Source: Pelomyxa schiedti (taxonomy: Eukaryota > Protista > Evosea). From it: 64,000 nt of DNA. The stretch covers positions 1 to 64,000 of the forward strand of contig JAHLWZ010000801.1 of NCBI GenBank assembly GCA_020536535.1, read 5' to 3'. Positions 1 to 11,458 of the stretch are shown piece after piece. Within the stretch, counting starts at the first letter, position 1. Each line of letters begins with the position of its first letter. A model generated the notes under the pieces. That model did not search any database. It saw only the letters and a list, made by a program, of their open reading frames with translations, and was not told where the DNA came from. The translations under genes were made by a program, and so were the position numbers.

Positions 1-1983
1 GACAATTGCTCTGATCGTGCCAAACTGGCTTTTCGAGATACTGGCATAGATGCCGTCCTTAGAATAGATGCACAATCCAATCCCAACGTTACTTCTTGTA
101 TTGCTCCTGAAGAATTCGTCGGGAAATTGCTTCAGGTCCCCCCCAAACCAGAAGAACCGTCTCCAGAACAACTCATGTCTCCTTCTTCTATCACAGTGCA
201 AGAGACCAGTAGCGAAATGACCAAAGTCTTGACACCTAATGAGCTTAAGGATCTGAACTCAGTACCTGTCGAGCAGCTTCCTACAGTTGCGGTTCCATCT
301 GCCAGTGAAGTACAAGCACGCACAATAGAATCCCTCGTTCCCAAAGCAGCAGAACCAGAACCACACATAATTGAACCAGAAATGAAAACTACAGAGCTGA
401 AGGTGCAGATAATGGAAGAGCAGAAAGTAGACACACTTAAATTGGAACCCACAAAACCCGAAGTGCACTCAATTCCAGTGGAAGTACAAATAAGTGAGCA
501 GGAAGCTTCTGCAGAAAAACTTGAAGTACCGGCTGTAACAGTGGAAGGGCTTGTAACAACTATGGAAGCGCACGAAGCCCAATTAGTAGCCAAAATGGAA
601 GTGCCTGCAACTGAGCCTGAAGTACTTGTGAATGCACCTGCAATAGATGCCAACGAAAATGACGTGCATGCAAACGAAACAGAAGTGCAAACAAGTAAAC
701 CTGAAGAAAAGAACCCTGAAACAGAGGCACTGCACCTCCCAGCCGAAATGAAAATTCCTGCACAAGAAACGAAGCCTGACTCACCAACTGATCATGTTCC
801 AGAGGTCACCCAAAACTCATTTGAGAAGCAACCTTCTACTTCACCAACCCGCCCCAAAATTACAGGCATTGCACAACTTTTGCAGGCAGCACAGCTGGTC
901 CTGGAACAAAGTCGCCAAAACGATCAAACCAAATCAAGCCCTCCTACGAATGTCCCCACAAGTGATACGTGTGACACACCTGCATCTGTACCCCCAAAAC
1001 GTGTTCTACCACCACCTTCAAGCCCTTCAGCATTAAGTTTAGCACTTGCTTCTGCAAAAGCGTCCTCAGTTAACTCTGTTTCCCCTCCGCAACTCTACGA
1101 TGAAAACAGCCCTTTACAGCAAGAAGAGTTACCTCTGCGTGTTCCTATCGCATTGAGCACAGCTAAAAGCTCTCCACCACACGCACAAACAACAGCTCCT
1201 AAAGAGGTTGCCCAATCTCCTTTGTCTCCTGTATCAGTCACCACCGCGAAAACCGCTACCACTATTGTATCCCCAGCCACTAGCAAAACTGAAATGGGTA
1301 CTACATCTCCTGGCTTGTCTCCACTTACTAGTTCAACGCCATCCAAATCCCCTGGAGGAACTAATGCAACTTCAAAAACAGCACAACCGGTAAGAATTCT
1401 GTTGGAAGTCCCTTTTTAAAAGTAATCCAGAACAAAACGGATATTTTGGCATCACTCACGGAAGGACTGTCAGGTTCATTTGAATTCCACCTCCAAACAG
1501 ACTGAATTTGGTTTCAGAAGAACAAGACGAATTTATTGTTATTGAATCCAAGCCAGATAAGCCAATTGAACAAAAAGCCAAAGAACCCACCCCTTCTGTT
1601 GGACTGAGTACCTCAACTGCAGCAATTTCCCCCGCAAAGCCGCGTTGGGTGGATGTGCGCATTTCTACTTTGTACCATTCTGTGAAACTAACCATTCATT
1701 CAGGAAACTAAAGTGAAGAAATGCGCTAGCTGTGGTTCCGCGTTTAGCGTCCTTAATAGAAAGGTAAAAACAAAATTCATCAAATAACACCCTCACCACT
1801 CAACAGCACCACTGCCGGAACTGTGGGCAAGTTTTTGACCAAAAGGTGCATTTTGTTTTATCCCAAACATGCGCACTAACCAAACCACAGTGTTGCCACC
1901 AAAAGATAGCACTACCTAAACTCGGATATAGCACCAAAGAATTAGTCTGTGATGCCTGTTACTACATGGTTAAGAACTCATGA
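1..1983 (+). CDS. FYVE zinc-finger protein, 5' end outside window; long Glu/Pro/Ser/Thr-rich region then spliced C-terminal FYVE domain
   Basis: Frame open from base 1 through the 127-1419 ORF. Splicing short introns gives WVD-ETKVKKCASCGSAFSVLNRKHHCRNCGQVFDQKCCHQKIALPKLGYSTKELVCDAC, with WxxD-like and RKHHCR signatures. Stop TGA at 1981-1983. Confidence 0.85.
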
Positions 1984-2124
1984 GGAAGAAGAGATCAACC
2001 CCATCACTAGAAACTCAGAAAAAGCATGAATTTATTTGAAGACCCGCCAAAGTGATCATTTAATTAAACGAAAAGATACTCCAAAAGCGAAAAACAAAAC
2101 CCACCCGCGGGGGAAGGAGACACG

Positions 2125-3520
2125 ATGAGCAGCGGTACGACTGGGGCGACGACAACAGCAACAGGCACGAGCGAGGCGACCGAGAGCGCGCCGCCCTGCG
2201 CGGCGTCGCCCGCCGACGAGATCAGCGACGGCGGCAGCGGGAGCGCGGCGTCGGCGTATGCGCGGGCGCCTCTTTTGCTGCACCACCCGCCGTCTCTTCG
2301 CAGCAACGACCCCGACGCGGCAGCGGTCGGCGGCGGAGGGTGCGACGACGCTTCGCGGAGGAACCCGGGCTGCTGCGTGACGGGCGGCGCCGGAGTGGGA
2401 GTGGGAGTGAGAGTGGGCGCGGAGACGACGACGACTACGGCGGCGGCGGCGGCGGCGGAGAAGGGGGAGTTCTTCCCGCCGAGGAAGAAGTTCATTTATG
2501 TGCCGGGCGGGCAGAGTTACGAGAAGCGGCTGGTCTGTTGCTTGTGCGGCCAGCCGTTGGAGGACCCCGTAGAGCACGTGGCATGCGGGGCCGTGTTTTG
2601 CTCTTCTTGTACTACTTATAATGTAACCTTCCCGCGTTTGGGTTAGTGGTGTCAGTTACTTACACTTACGCACAGAAAAGCTCGTGTAGCATTGCTGGGC
2701 CTCAGTGCCCGGGGTGCAACCGGGTCTGCAAAACAACACAACTGAGGCCACTGGTTGATGAGCATTTACTCTCTGAACTAGGAAGAATATTGGTGTTATG
2801 TCCAAATTGTCATTTGTCGGTTACAAGAGCAGACTATGAGAATCATGTCTCTTTGTGTCCTATGGGTAATTCTTCTTCACCCTCAATTATCAATAACCAC
2901 TGCTTAAAGAGTGCAGGAATGGATGCGGTGATAAAACAGTACTACCTAGAAGCATCGCTTTACACAACGAAGTTTGCTCTGCCTACATTGTGAGTTGCAT
3001 TGCTTCTTCAGTACGATGCCCGTGGAAGGGCCCACGTTCTGGTTTGGCGACTCACAGCGCGAATTGCCCATATGTCGCCCTACAGCCGCTTCTCCAGAAG
3101 CTACTTTCCACAATTAAAACTCAAGCAGACACTATCGACCAGCAACAGCAACATATTAGACTTCTCAGTGAGAAAGGACACATAGCCGACATTGAGAGAA
3201 TACAAAAAAGCACACAACAACATCACCCTATTTCCAATTCACCAAGATCTGATACTGCGGACTGTGATGCTATTGTCGGCTCGGAGTCTGGGAATGATCC
3301 TGGAGCAACTGAGGAGCTGAGAAAGAGGAGACAATGCAAGAACTGTCATCACGAATTCACTTTTTTGACAAATACCCCAACTTCTTGCCGCTATCACATT
3401 GGCCCAATGGTGTCTTTCTCCCCCTCCCTTTACGATCCTTGTTAATTGCTCTGTAGATCCAAAGAGTACGATATCCCCCTTTATTTGTTTCTCCATCTAA
3501 AATAAACAATAAACAATAAA
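2125..3520 (+). CDS. TRAF-like RING finger protein (RING, TRAF-type Zn fingers, coiled coil, C-terminal CxxC..CRYH motif)
   Basis: LVCCLCGQPLEDPVEHVACGAVFCSSC...CPGC RING; LVLCPNC...YENHVSLCP and CPWKGPRSGLATHSANCPY TRAF-type fingers across ORFs 2125, 2646 and 2990. 3' end approximate. Confidence 0.75.
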
Positions 3521-3578
3521 AAATTAAACCTCAATATCGATGTTGATGTTTCTTCTGCCAGTATGTATGTCTTCCAAT

Positions 3579-3916
3579 TTATTGGTTTGTATTAACCTCA
3601 TTCCCCAGTATGGGGTGTGTATTTAATTCCTTCACTGACTTGTGCCCTAACATTGTCATTGTGATTGCTCCTTTTAAATTCTTTGTTAGGCTGTGGTATT
3701 TTCCCATCCCCTCTGCCTTGACTGACACAAATGTAGGTCTGTTATAACTGCAATCAATTGTCATCAGCAGCACCTTGCTCAAAGGCACACTTTCACATGG
3801 AGTGATAATTATGGTCAGAACCTCCAATCCTCTTTGCAAAACAAAAAAGTCAAAGGAAAAAGCCAAGATAATTACTTGGTGATTATTGTAAGCCTGTCTA
3901 TGTTAGATAGGGCCAT
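3579..3916 (-). CDS. small hypothetical protein (two exons, tentative)
   Basis: MALSNIDRLTIIHQ followed by a plausible GT intron joining ORF 3579-3866. No recognisable motif. Confidence 0.25.
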
Positions 3917-4119
3917 CGCATTTGAATCGGAAATCTGCTCTTGTGGATCTCGCTGGCCAGAAAATTTGCTATTAATTGTCAGTTGGTTTTTTCATCGTGA
4001 TCCTTAAAAAAACATTCAAAAAAAATCAATACGAAATCGACGCACCCGAATGGTGGCTGTTTTTAAAACCGAAATCAAGCTCTTTTGGGATTTTTAGCAT
4101 ACAATGTGTATCACAGCTA

Positions 4120-7100
4120 TTACACAGCTGGTATTAAAAGAGAAGTAATTGTGACCGAGGGGAGGAAGTGCTCAGGCATGGAGTGTGGTACTGTCCAGCT
4201 GGGCATTGATTGCATAACTTGGCTTAACTGGCCAGTGTCACTGGTATCCATGTTTTGTGCTGTTAGTTTTACTGTGCACTGCCCTTGCTGTGTGGTAGTA
4301 AAGCTGATGGAATTGGTGGTCAGGAGTTGATTTCCGGTGTACTTTACCACGGCTGTGGCGTCTGTGACAGCTGTTTGTGTGTTGGTCAAATTAAATGAAA
4401 ACAGGATAATAAGAAGCAAAGGCGGGTTCATACCTCCTGCTAGGGCAATTTGATTTATCGCGATATTTGTAACTCCCAGCTCGGCATCAGTGCAGTTAAA
4501 TGCAATTTGATATCGCGGATAGGGGAGGCCAACTATCTCAAATTGTACATATCGGAGACTAGTTGATATATTATACAAGTTTTGTGTTACCTTGATTTGT
4601 ATGGGAAAAAAGGAAAGGAAAGGAGATTTGTTACCTGCAGAGTTGGTGGAGCTGCAGAGATGGGAGTTGTTGTGGGCATACACAGAGATTTTGAATTGGA
4701 GAGAAAAGTGTTACATTCCGCAAAATTGAAGCCCTTTTTTTGAAGGGCATCTTTCAAATCTCCAAGGCAACAGTCATTGGGTGATATGGAGATCTATCAA
4801 AGTGTTACTCTCAATTAGGAACTAAAGGGATAAATTTACATATGCTGAATTGGATTGACTATCAAAAACATAGTTGGGCACATATCGCAAAGGTGAATTT
4901 GAAGAATAGCCTTTCATAGCAGAAGCAACAATGAATAGAATTACTGTCACAACACCAATAACGGCTACAATCCAATATAAACCTAGACTTCTGGAACCTT
5001 GATCTCGATCTGCACAGAATTTCTGGGATGGAGCAGTTTTTTTAAAAAAAGGCAAATCTCTGTAATTCCTACATGTTGCTTAAAAAGAGGCCATAGAGGC
5101 CAGTTTGGGGTAATAATATTCTTCCCACCATGTGTCCAGGCGAGAATAAGTTGCATAGAAACCTAAAAAAGGTGGGGTGTTATATTGATTCAGTAAGTTC
5201 CCTACTCACAGAAAAAAAGAATCCCACATAAACACAAATTAAGAGAGTTCCCTGAGATTTAGCATATATCTCATATTGAGGGGCCACACTGCCAGGCACC
5301 ACTGCCTAGAAAAAAATTACTCGGTGGGATGAGCTGACCTGGTTACCAAGATTGGAAAAGCAAAGAAGAATGCATAAGGGAGTACACTCATCAATGGTAG
5401 CCATTCTCCCATAAATCTAATCAGTACCATCGTAAGAGTAAGTTTCTAAAGGTTTCTTTAGTGGGAAGAACGATAGAGCTTAGGGAGTACTTTGGAATCT
5501 CGTTGCATAATAGACACAATGTGTTTCGCAAGGAAGTGAAATCCAATTGCACAGGGAGCAGCTACGGCGGGATAGAGAAATATGATAGAAAAGCGCCAGC
5601 CACACGCCAGGAATATTATGAACATTGCGGAATATCTATCGTTTTTCAAAAAAAGCTACCAGGGTTTTCTTAATACAAAATGGACAGGCCTGCAATGGCA
5701 TCCCACTGAAGATCACGGCCATAGAAGTTGCGTACTATGAATGTTTTACGGAATCTCCACATAGTGTATGAAAACAGACTATGCGTAAGAAGAATACCAG
5801 CAAAGGAGGCACATGCAGACCTGTTAAGGTGTTAAGGGGTGTTTGTTGATCTTTTGTTTGTTTGAATAACTTACATTGCCACCAGAACACTGTAATTACT
5901 CACATATGTAAATTCGTTTATGCCCCATAACAGCAGTCCGAATAGTGCTGGGAAGCCAACTCCAGCCATAAGGGTGATAAAACCAAAGATCACACTCAAA
6001 GAAATGATAACAGTGTGCATTCCTACCATGTGGGCAAAGTGGTCGTGCTTCTTGGAGAACACCGCCAAGCATACAACCAAGCAGATTAATACGCATCCCA
6101 GTAATGCACCCCCTGTCCCCCAGGCAGCCTTCGTTGACGCCAAAAGGAAGGTCCCTGGTCCCGAAATGGAAAAAATCTCGGACTTGTCCTCTTTAAAGTT
6201 ATTGGTGAGCAGGTGCAAAACAGTAAATCTGCATTGGATTTACGAACAAGGTAAAAATTTAGGGGTACAAACAATAAATTATCTCCATCATGTTGTAGTA
6301 CACCACTAGATACACGTTCCAGTGTGTCCAAAGATGTGTGGTAGGTTTGCCCAGACATCATATGCAGAAGGTCTATTCCAGGGAGACCATAAGAATTGTA
6401 GACTAAGGAACGATTAGACTTTAATTACATCATTCTTCATACCCTGAAAACTCGTTTTTGGATAAAAGGCGCCGACTCTGTGTTAATGGTTACTTAGTTA
6501 TCAAACGCTAAAGGAAACCTGAACAAATCGCTAATAAACGAAAATCCAAGTGGATATGGAGCCTTGGCATAAGCTTGTGCTACTGAGTATTGTGAACTCT
6601 GTAACAACGATCAATAGTCAATCCAACTACGAATATGAGAAACTTGGGCAAGCATTGCTCCTTGCGATGCCGAACCAAGAGAATCCTGATTGATGAAACC
6701 AACAACAGTGCTAAGTAATAATCGGTGAATAGAGAAAGGACAAGGCTAACAACCTTTTCCAAGGAGAGTCATTCATGAATGACTGAGCTTCAAACATTCC
6801 TTCTTCTTGAAGACCAAATACTATAATGAATGCATTCCTGAAGGAAAATTTTAAAACGAAGAAATGGTGTAGGGGTACCTCAGGGAAAGGCCATCAGTAT
6901 CCACAATTGCTCTTAAAACTTCCAATGCAGTGGAAACGCCCACAAGATTGTCAGAGATTCCTGGTCTTAATCAATATGAGTACAAATGGGAGAAATTCTT
7001 TCGTTACCCTTGAATAGCAGAATCTTTTTTGTTGCTTTATTACTACCAGGACAATGGAAGAAAGAGGCATACCGATATGTGAATCAAGTAAGATAGCTCT

Positions 7101-8100
7101 GGCCTCATACCCTTTTAATTGTTTAGCTTGCAACAAAAAAAAAAAAAAAAAAAGAAACAAGGAGAGAATGAGTACCAGTTGTGTAAACACGGACTGAGAT
7201 AAGTGGGTAGGTCTCCCATATCGAATTTATTGAGGAAGAGGAGTTTCCACCAAAGGTTTCCCTAATCACAGTGATTAGTTCACAATCCTAATTTTTGTTG
7301 ACAAACCTGTAATCAATGTCCATATTGACACCTGCGTTTCCTTTTGTAACCTTCATGCTGCTAAGAATACTCAAAAGAGTGCCCACAGTTTCATTCAGTT
7401 CCAGAGTTCCCGCAAACCTGTTGTCACCAATATCTACCACTCGAGTTAAATATAATCTATCTCAACACTTTCGTGCCCCATTCAAAAACATATATTCCCC
7501 CACACCCAAACCAATCTCACTCCAACAAAAACCAAAAACCAAAAACCCAACAAGTCACACACCAGCAAGTTGCTGGAGATACTGCCTGGCCCTGGCCTCA
7601 GAGAACAGGCCGAGGTCCGCGTCGAGGCCCTCGGCCGGGGGCAGCCTCCTCACGCACCCCCACTCGGCGGAGAACCAGCACACCACCACCGTGACCACCA
7701 CGATGGCCCACCACATCGCCGCCGAGACCGCGCAGTCGCGCTTCAGCCGGGGCCGCGGCGGGGGCGGCCGCGGCGCGTCCTTGGGGGCCAGCGGCCACCC
7801 CGCGATGGGCTTGACCAGCCAGTCCGCCTCCAGGCTCGACGCACCCGCCGAGGGGCCCCGCGAGGCAGACGCCGTGACCGAGGCCGAGACCGAGGCGGGG
7901 GAGTGGGCAACGACGTCGCCGCCGCCGGCTGCCGGCAGCGAGGCGGAGACAGAGGAGGGGGAGGGGGACAGGGAGGTGGCTTGGTTGCCGTCGTCCAGGG
8001 GGTTGTAGTCGTCGTCAGAGGTGTCGATGAAGTCGTACAACAGAAAAGCAACGGCCTTGGACGACGCCGATTCACTGGTGGGTACCTTGTTGTACGACAT
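4120..8100 (-). CDS. M28-family membrane metallopeptidase (ERMP1/vacuolar membrane protease-like), multi-exon
   Basis: N-terminal TM then FSEARARQYLQQLA; AILLDSHI; PGISDNLVGVSTALEVLRAI; IIVFGLQEEG; YGLPGIDL...YHTSLDTLERVSSGVLQHDGDNLL; several TM exons at 4.8-6.2 kb; C-terminus ...MPSWTVPHSMPEHFLPSVTITSLLIPAV*. Confidence 0.85.
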
Positions 8101-8317
8101 TTTTTTAAATTTCGACGTTCGCAGAGCCAGATGTTGCAATCCGACTGACACAAGCATGCAGTGAAGGTGGCTGAGATGTGGGGAGAGTGCAATCCTCAAC
8201 GCTGCAACAAAGTGTCTCGAGACTGACAATGTTCTAGGAAACTCACCTTTCCACTGTGGGGTTTAGCATTCGTCACATATTTTTTGAAACGCGCATCAGG
8301 GGAGAAATCGTGTACGC

Positions 8318-9754
8318 ATGTATTGGGACTCAGACTCACTCCCAATGAGGTTTGTCGGGTTGACTCCGTTCGTCCCTGTGTCTGCTGAACTCGTCAATCA
8401 TGCATTGCCACTGATACTTGATATCGCTCCCATCGGGACGATAGCGATGCTGACCCTGGTGAGGCCTCGATTGGCACCGATGGCCATCCCAATGTTGGGG
8501 GAGTTGAGACGATGTGTGAATGGGGAGTTGAGCGGATCAGTGTGGAAGAGGGCGCTCGAGTTGGCCGAACAGAATTGTGACTGTCACTATTACCGATCCC
8601 TCCTCCGGCATGCTCCGATCCCACTGACGCACTGGTGGCTCTCCATGAAGTTCAATTGGATGCGATCACGAGGTGCCGACTTGCCCACGTTCCGGATGCT
8701 GGACCTCATCCTCGAGAGAGCGGTGGACTTGGCGATTAGGTCGGCACCCAGGCATGCTCACGGACTATCGTTCGTGTACTATGCCTCCATCATCCTCGGC
8801 CTTCCAAAGTTTCCGGACTTGAGGGAGTGGTGTTATCTGGATGAGCTGATTCCGATACCGACCGTTGACAATACCTTCCATCATCGCATTCGCGGGAAAT
8901 GGTGTCCGCCCATTGCCAAGACCTTCTGTGGGAAGCCGGTCATCCTGAACTCGACACCAGACGAATATAATGATGCCCCCTCCCTGACAGATTCAATCCT
9001 ACGCGATGGGCGATTTGTGCATCCGACATGTCTGCAATCGCTGGAAGGACCTTGGTATGAGGTTGGAGTAACGTTGGCAGACTTCCCGAGAGGTGATGAC
9101 GCAGAAACCGAGATCGACCGTCTCAGGAGGAAGACGGGGAGGAACGCCTTAGTGAGACAGATCATATCACTCCACGGGAGGAGACCTGAAGCACTGCTCC
9201 CGCATCTTCACCGACTTGGGGATCATGCACTTGCCAGAGAGATCATCGACCGTTGCCCCGACAAGAACCGTCCTGAGTTGGTCGAATGCTTCCTGAACTC
9301 ATGTTGGGATAAGAGGATGATGGAGATCCCCAGTCTTCAGGATATCGCGACCAGGTCCCAATTCACCCCGCTCTCAGGTCGACCCCTGTTCTCCGTCGAT
9401 TGGTATATCACCCCGGATACGAGGCCGGAGATGGTGCAGACCATACTCGAGCACACGGACTTCTGGTACTGGATAGGGAGAGAGATAATGTGTGGACAAG
9501 TGGGCGTCGCTCGATCCCTCGTTGTGGGACTCTTCGGGGTCAACCCTTCGCTCGAATCCGAGGCTGCGAGGATGTGTGGAGCCTCTCGACTGTGTCGCTA
9601 CTTAGGAATGGTGGGGCATGAAGACATCGATGGATATCTTATCACTCGTGTTCACGATTGGGGAGACTGGAGCGATCGAGATATTGCCTGTTCTCCATCG
9701 GACGCGAATTGGCTGCGCTCCCTCTGCCTCCGCAGCCATGGACGTACTGGGTGA
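8318..9754 (+). CDS. intronless orphan protein, 478 aa; weak F-box-like N-terminus
   Basis: Single uninterrupted ORF, uniformly GC/CpG-richer than neighbouring gene bodies. No confident domain. Confidence 0.7.
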   Translation: MYWDSDSLPMRFVGLTPFVPVSAELVNHALPLILDIAPIGTIAMLTLVRPRLAPMAIPMLGELRRCVNGELSGSVWKRALELAEQNCDCHYYRSLLRHAPIPLTHWWLSMKFNWMRSRGADLPTFRMLDLILERAVDLAIRSAPRHAHGLSFVYYASIILGLPKFPDLREWCYLDELIPIPTVDNTFHHRIRGKWCPPIAKTFCGKPVILNSTPDEYNDAPSLTDSILRDGRFVHPTCLQSLEGPWYEVGVTLADFPRGDDAETEIDRLRRKTGRNALVRQIISLHGRRPEALLPHLHRLGDHALAREIIDRCPDKNRPELVECFLNSCWDKRMMEIPSLQDIATRSQFTPLSGRPLFSVDWYITPDTRPEMVQTILEHTDFWYWIGREIMCGQVGVARSLVVGLFGVNPSLESEAARMCGASRLCRYLGMVGHEDIDGYLITRVHDWGDWSDRDIACSPSDANWLRSLCLRSHGRTG

Positions 9755-9790
9755 GATCGCGCTTGGTTGTCTTTAAATATTTTTACCCTC

Positions 9791-9864
9791 GACATCGCGC
9801 ACAACCAAGCACTATCTACCGATTCATGGAGCCATCCATTCGATGCTTGGTTGTGCGCGATGTC
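9791..9864. repeat. perfect 21-bp inverted repeat (hairpin) downstream of the orphan ORF
   Basis: gacatcgcgcacaaccaagca (9791-9811) is the exact reverse complement of tgcttggttgtgcgcgatgtc (9844-9864). The 32-nt loop contains atgga/tccat. Confidence 0.95.
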
Positions 9865-10019
9865 AACACACCACATGCCGTGAACGGCGCGAGGCCCAAT
9901 TGGGCATGATCCTAATGCAACCAAACTTCAACTTTTCCAGGTCTTAGCTGCCTCTGCTCGACTGAGCAGCACTTAGAACAAAAAAAAAATATATTACTTT
10001 CCAAGAAACAAATACTTTG

Positions 10020-10797
10020 ATGGTAACCCTATCAGCAACGGTTGGTGCGTTGGTGACTTTGAGTTGGTTCATAGCCCTAGCTGTGGGAGAAACAACAGAA
10101 TTGTGGGAACTCACCAAGACCCATAAAGGAAAAGGTTGCAACACCAACTAGAATTCACCTAGTTTTGGTGTTTGCTTGTGGGTTAACTTTTGGCACATGT
10201 AGGTTGTAATGGAATGTTGATTGAGGTTTTGGCATGGAAGATGGTTGCTGCAGATGATGCATGTGAGACCACTCCTTGTGAGGATTCTGATGATGGGATG
10301 TACAGCAGTGAGGTATGGTGCACTGACGCTCCTAGTGTTCCATCAGATGAGGGGTACGTATGTCTGGCTCGTTAACTCAGTATTATGAATGTTCTACTCT
10401 GCTTCGTTTCTTGATATTTGGAATAATGACACATAATAGTATTGTTACTGAATTGTGGCCTGGAAAGCGCCGTTGCCGAGGTGAAGCGACTGGAATTATC
10501 TGGAACACTGCAAACTGTGTTGACGGATACACACAGTATTGCAACGATGTAAGTGTTGAAGTATGGAATTGCCCCCTGTGTGGCAGGAAGTGCACAAAGA
10601 TATGGCCCGGCGACGATGGGCCTAATCAAGAAGGGGAGTATGATGGCCAGCCAGATGACTTGGACTACATGGAAGATATAAAACTGGGGGAGTGCTTTGA
10701 GTTTGATTTCGGTGATGAGGATGATACTGCCTGCCCGGCAATGATTGTTGAATGCAAGAGCCGATGGGAGCCAAGTGTAAGGACACCCATTGAATGA
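10020..10797 (+). CDS. small secreted Cys-rich acidic protein (about 3 exons)
   Basis: Signal-peptide-like MVTLSATVGALVTLSWFIALAVGE, then exons overlapping ORFs 10190 and 10360 with many Cys and Asp/Glu residues. Confidence 0.55.
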
Positions 10798-11458
10798 AGA
10801 CTATTTTACATAATATGTAAATATCCACCAACTTCACTGATGCTGTCTCCAAAACAAAAAGCCCGAGGACAGAAAAACAGCACAAGCAGAGGCAGAAAGG
10901 AGGGCTAGGCACAACTCTATGCAAAGAGAGCTCTAGTTTTAAAATCATTTTTAGATATTAAAAAAAAAAGTGAGCTCCATCTCATTTTAGATCACAAGCC
11001 AAGATATCTTGGTTCAAAAAAAATTCCGTAGTAATCACATTTGAGAAACAACAAAAAGATATTTGTATGTAAACTGATTTAACAAAAGAGATGGCTAAAA
11101 CCAAAAAAAAGATAACCATAGAAAACACGTTTGGCTCAGGATCAGGCTTTGTTGTCCATCCCCAACTGGGTCGCGGAAATCTCCCATGCAGTAGTGCCTT
11201 AAACCTTACAACTGGACCTTATCAGCATCCAGCAATGGCACCGCCTGGGAAACCCTCTCGAAACACATCAGAGTATGCCCTGACCAACCAAGACCGCGCC
11301 TCATGGCCCATAACAACAAAAAGCACCCCAAGTACCACTCTAGAACAACACGACACATAGGCCACTTCCAACAAGTTACCCCCAAAGGGTTCCACAGCAA
11401 TCAAAATGCCAAAGGTTCGTCTGCCCCCTTTTTTTTTCCCTTTTTATCTTCTAATTGG

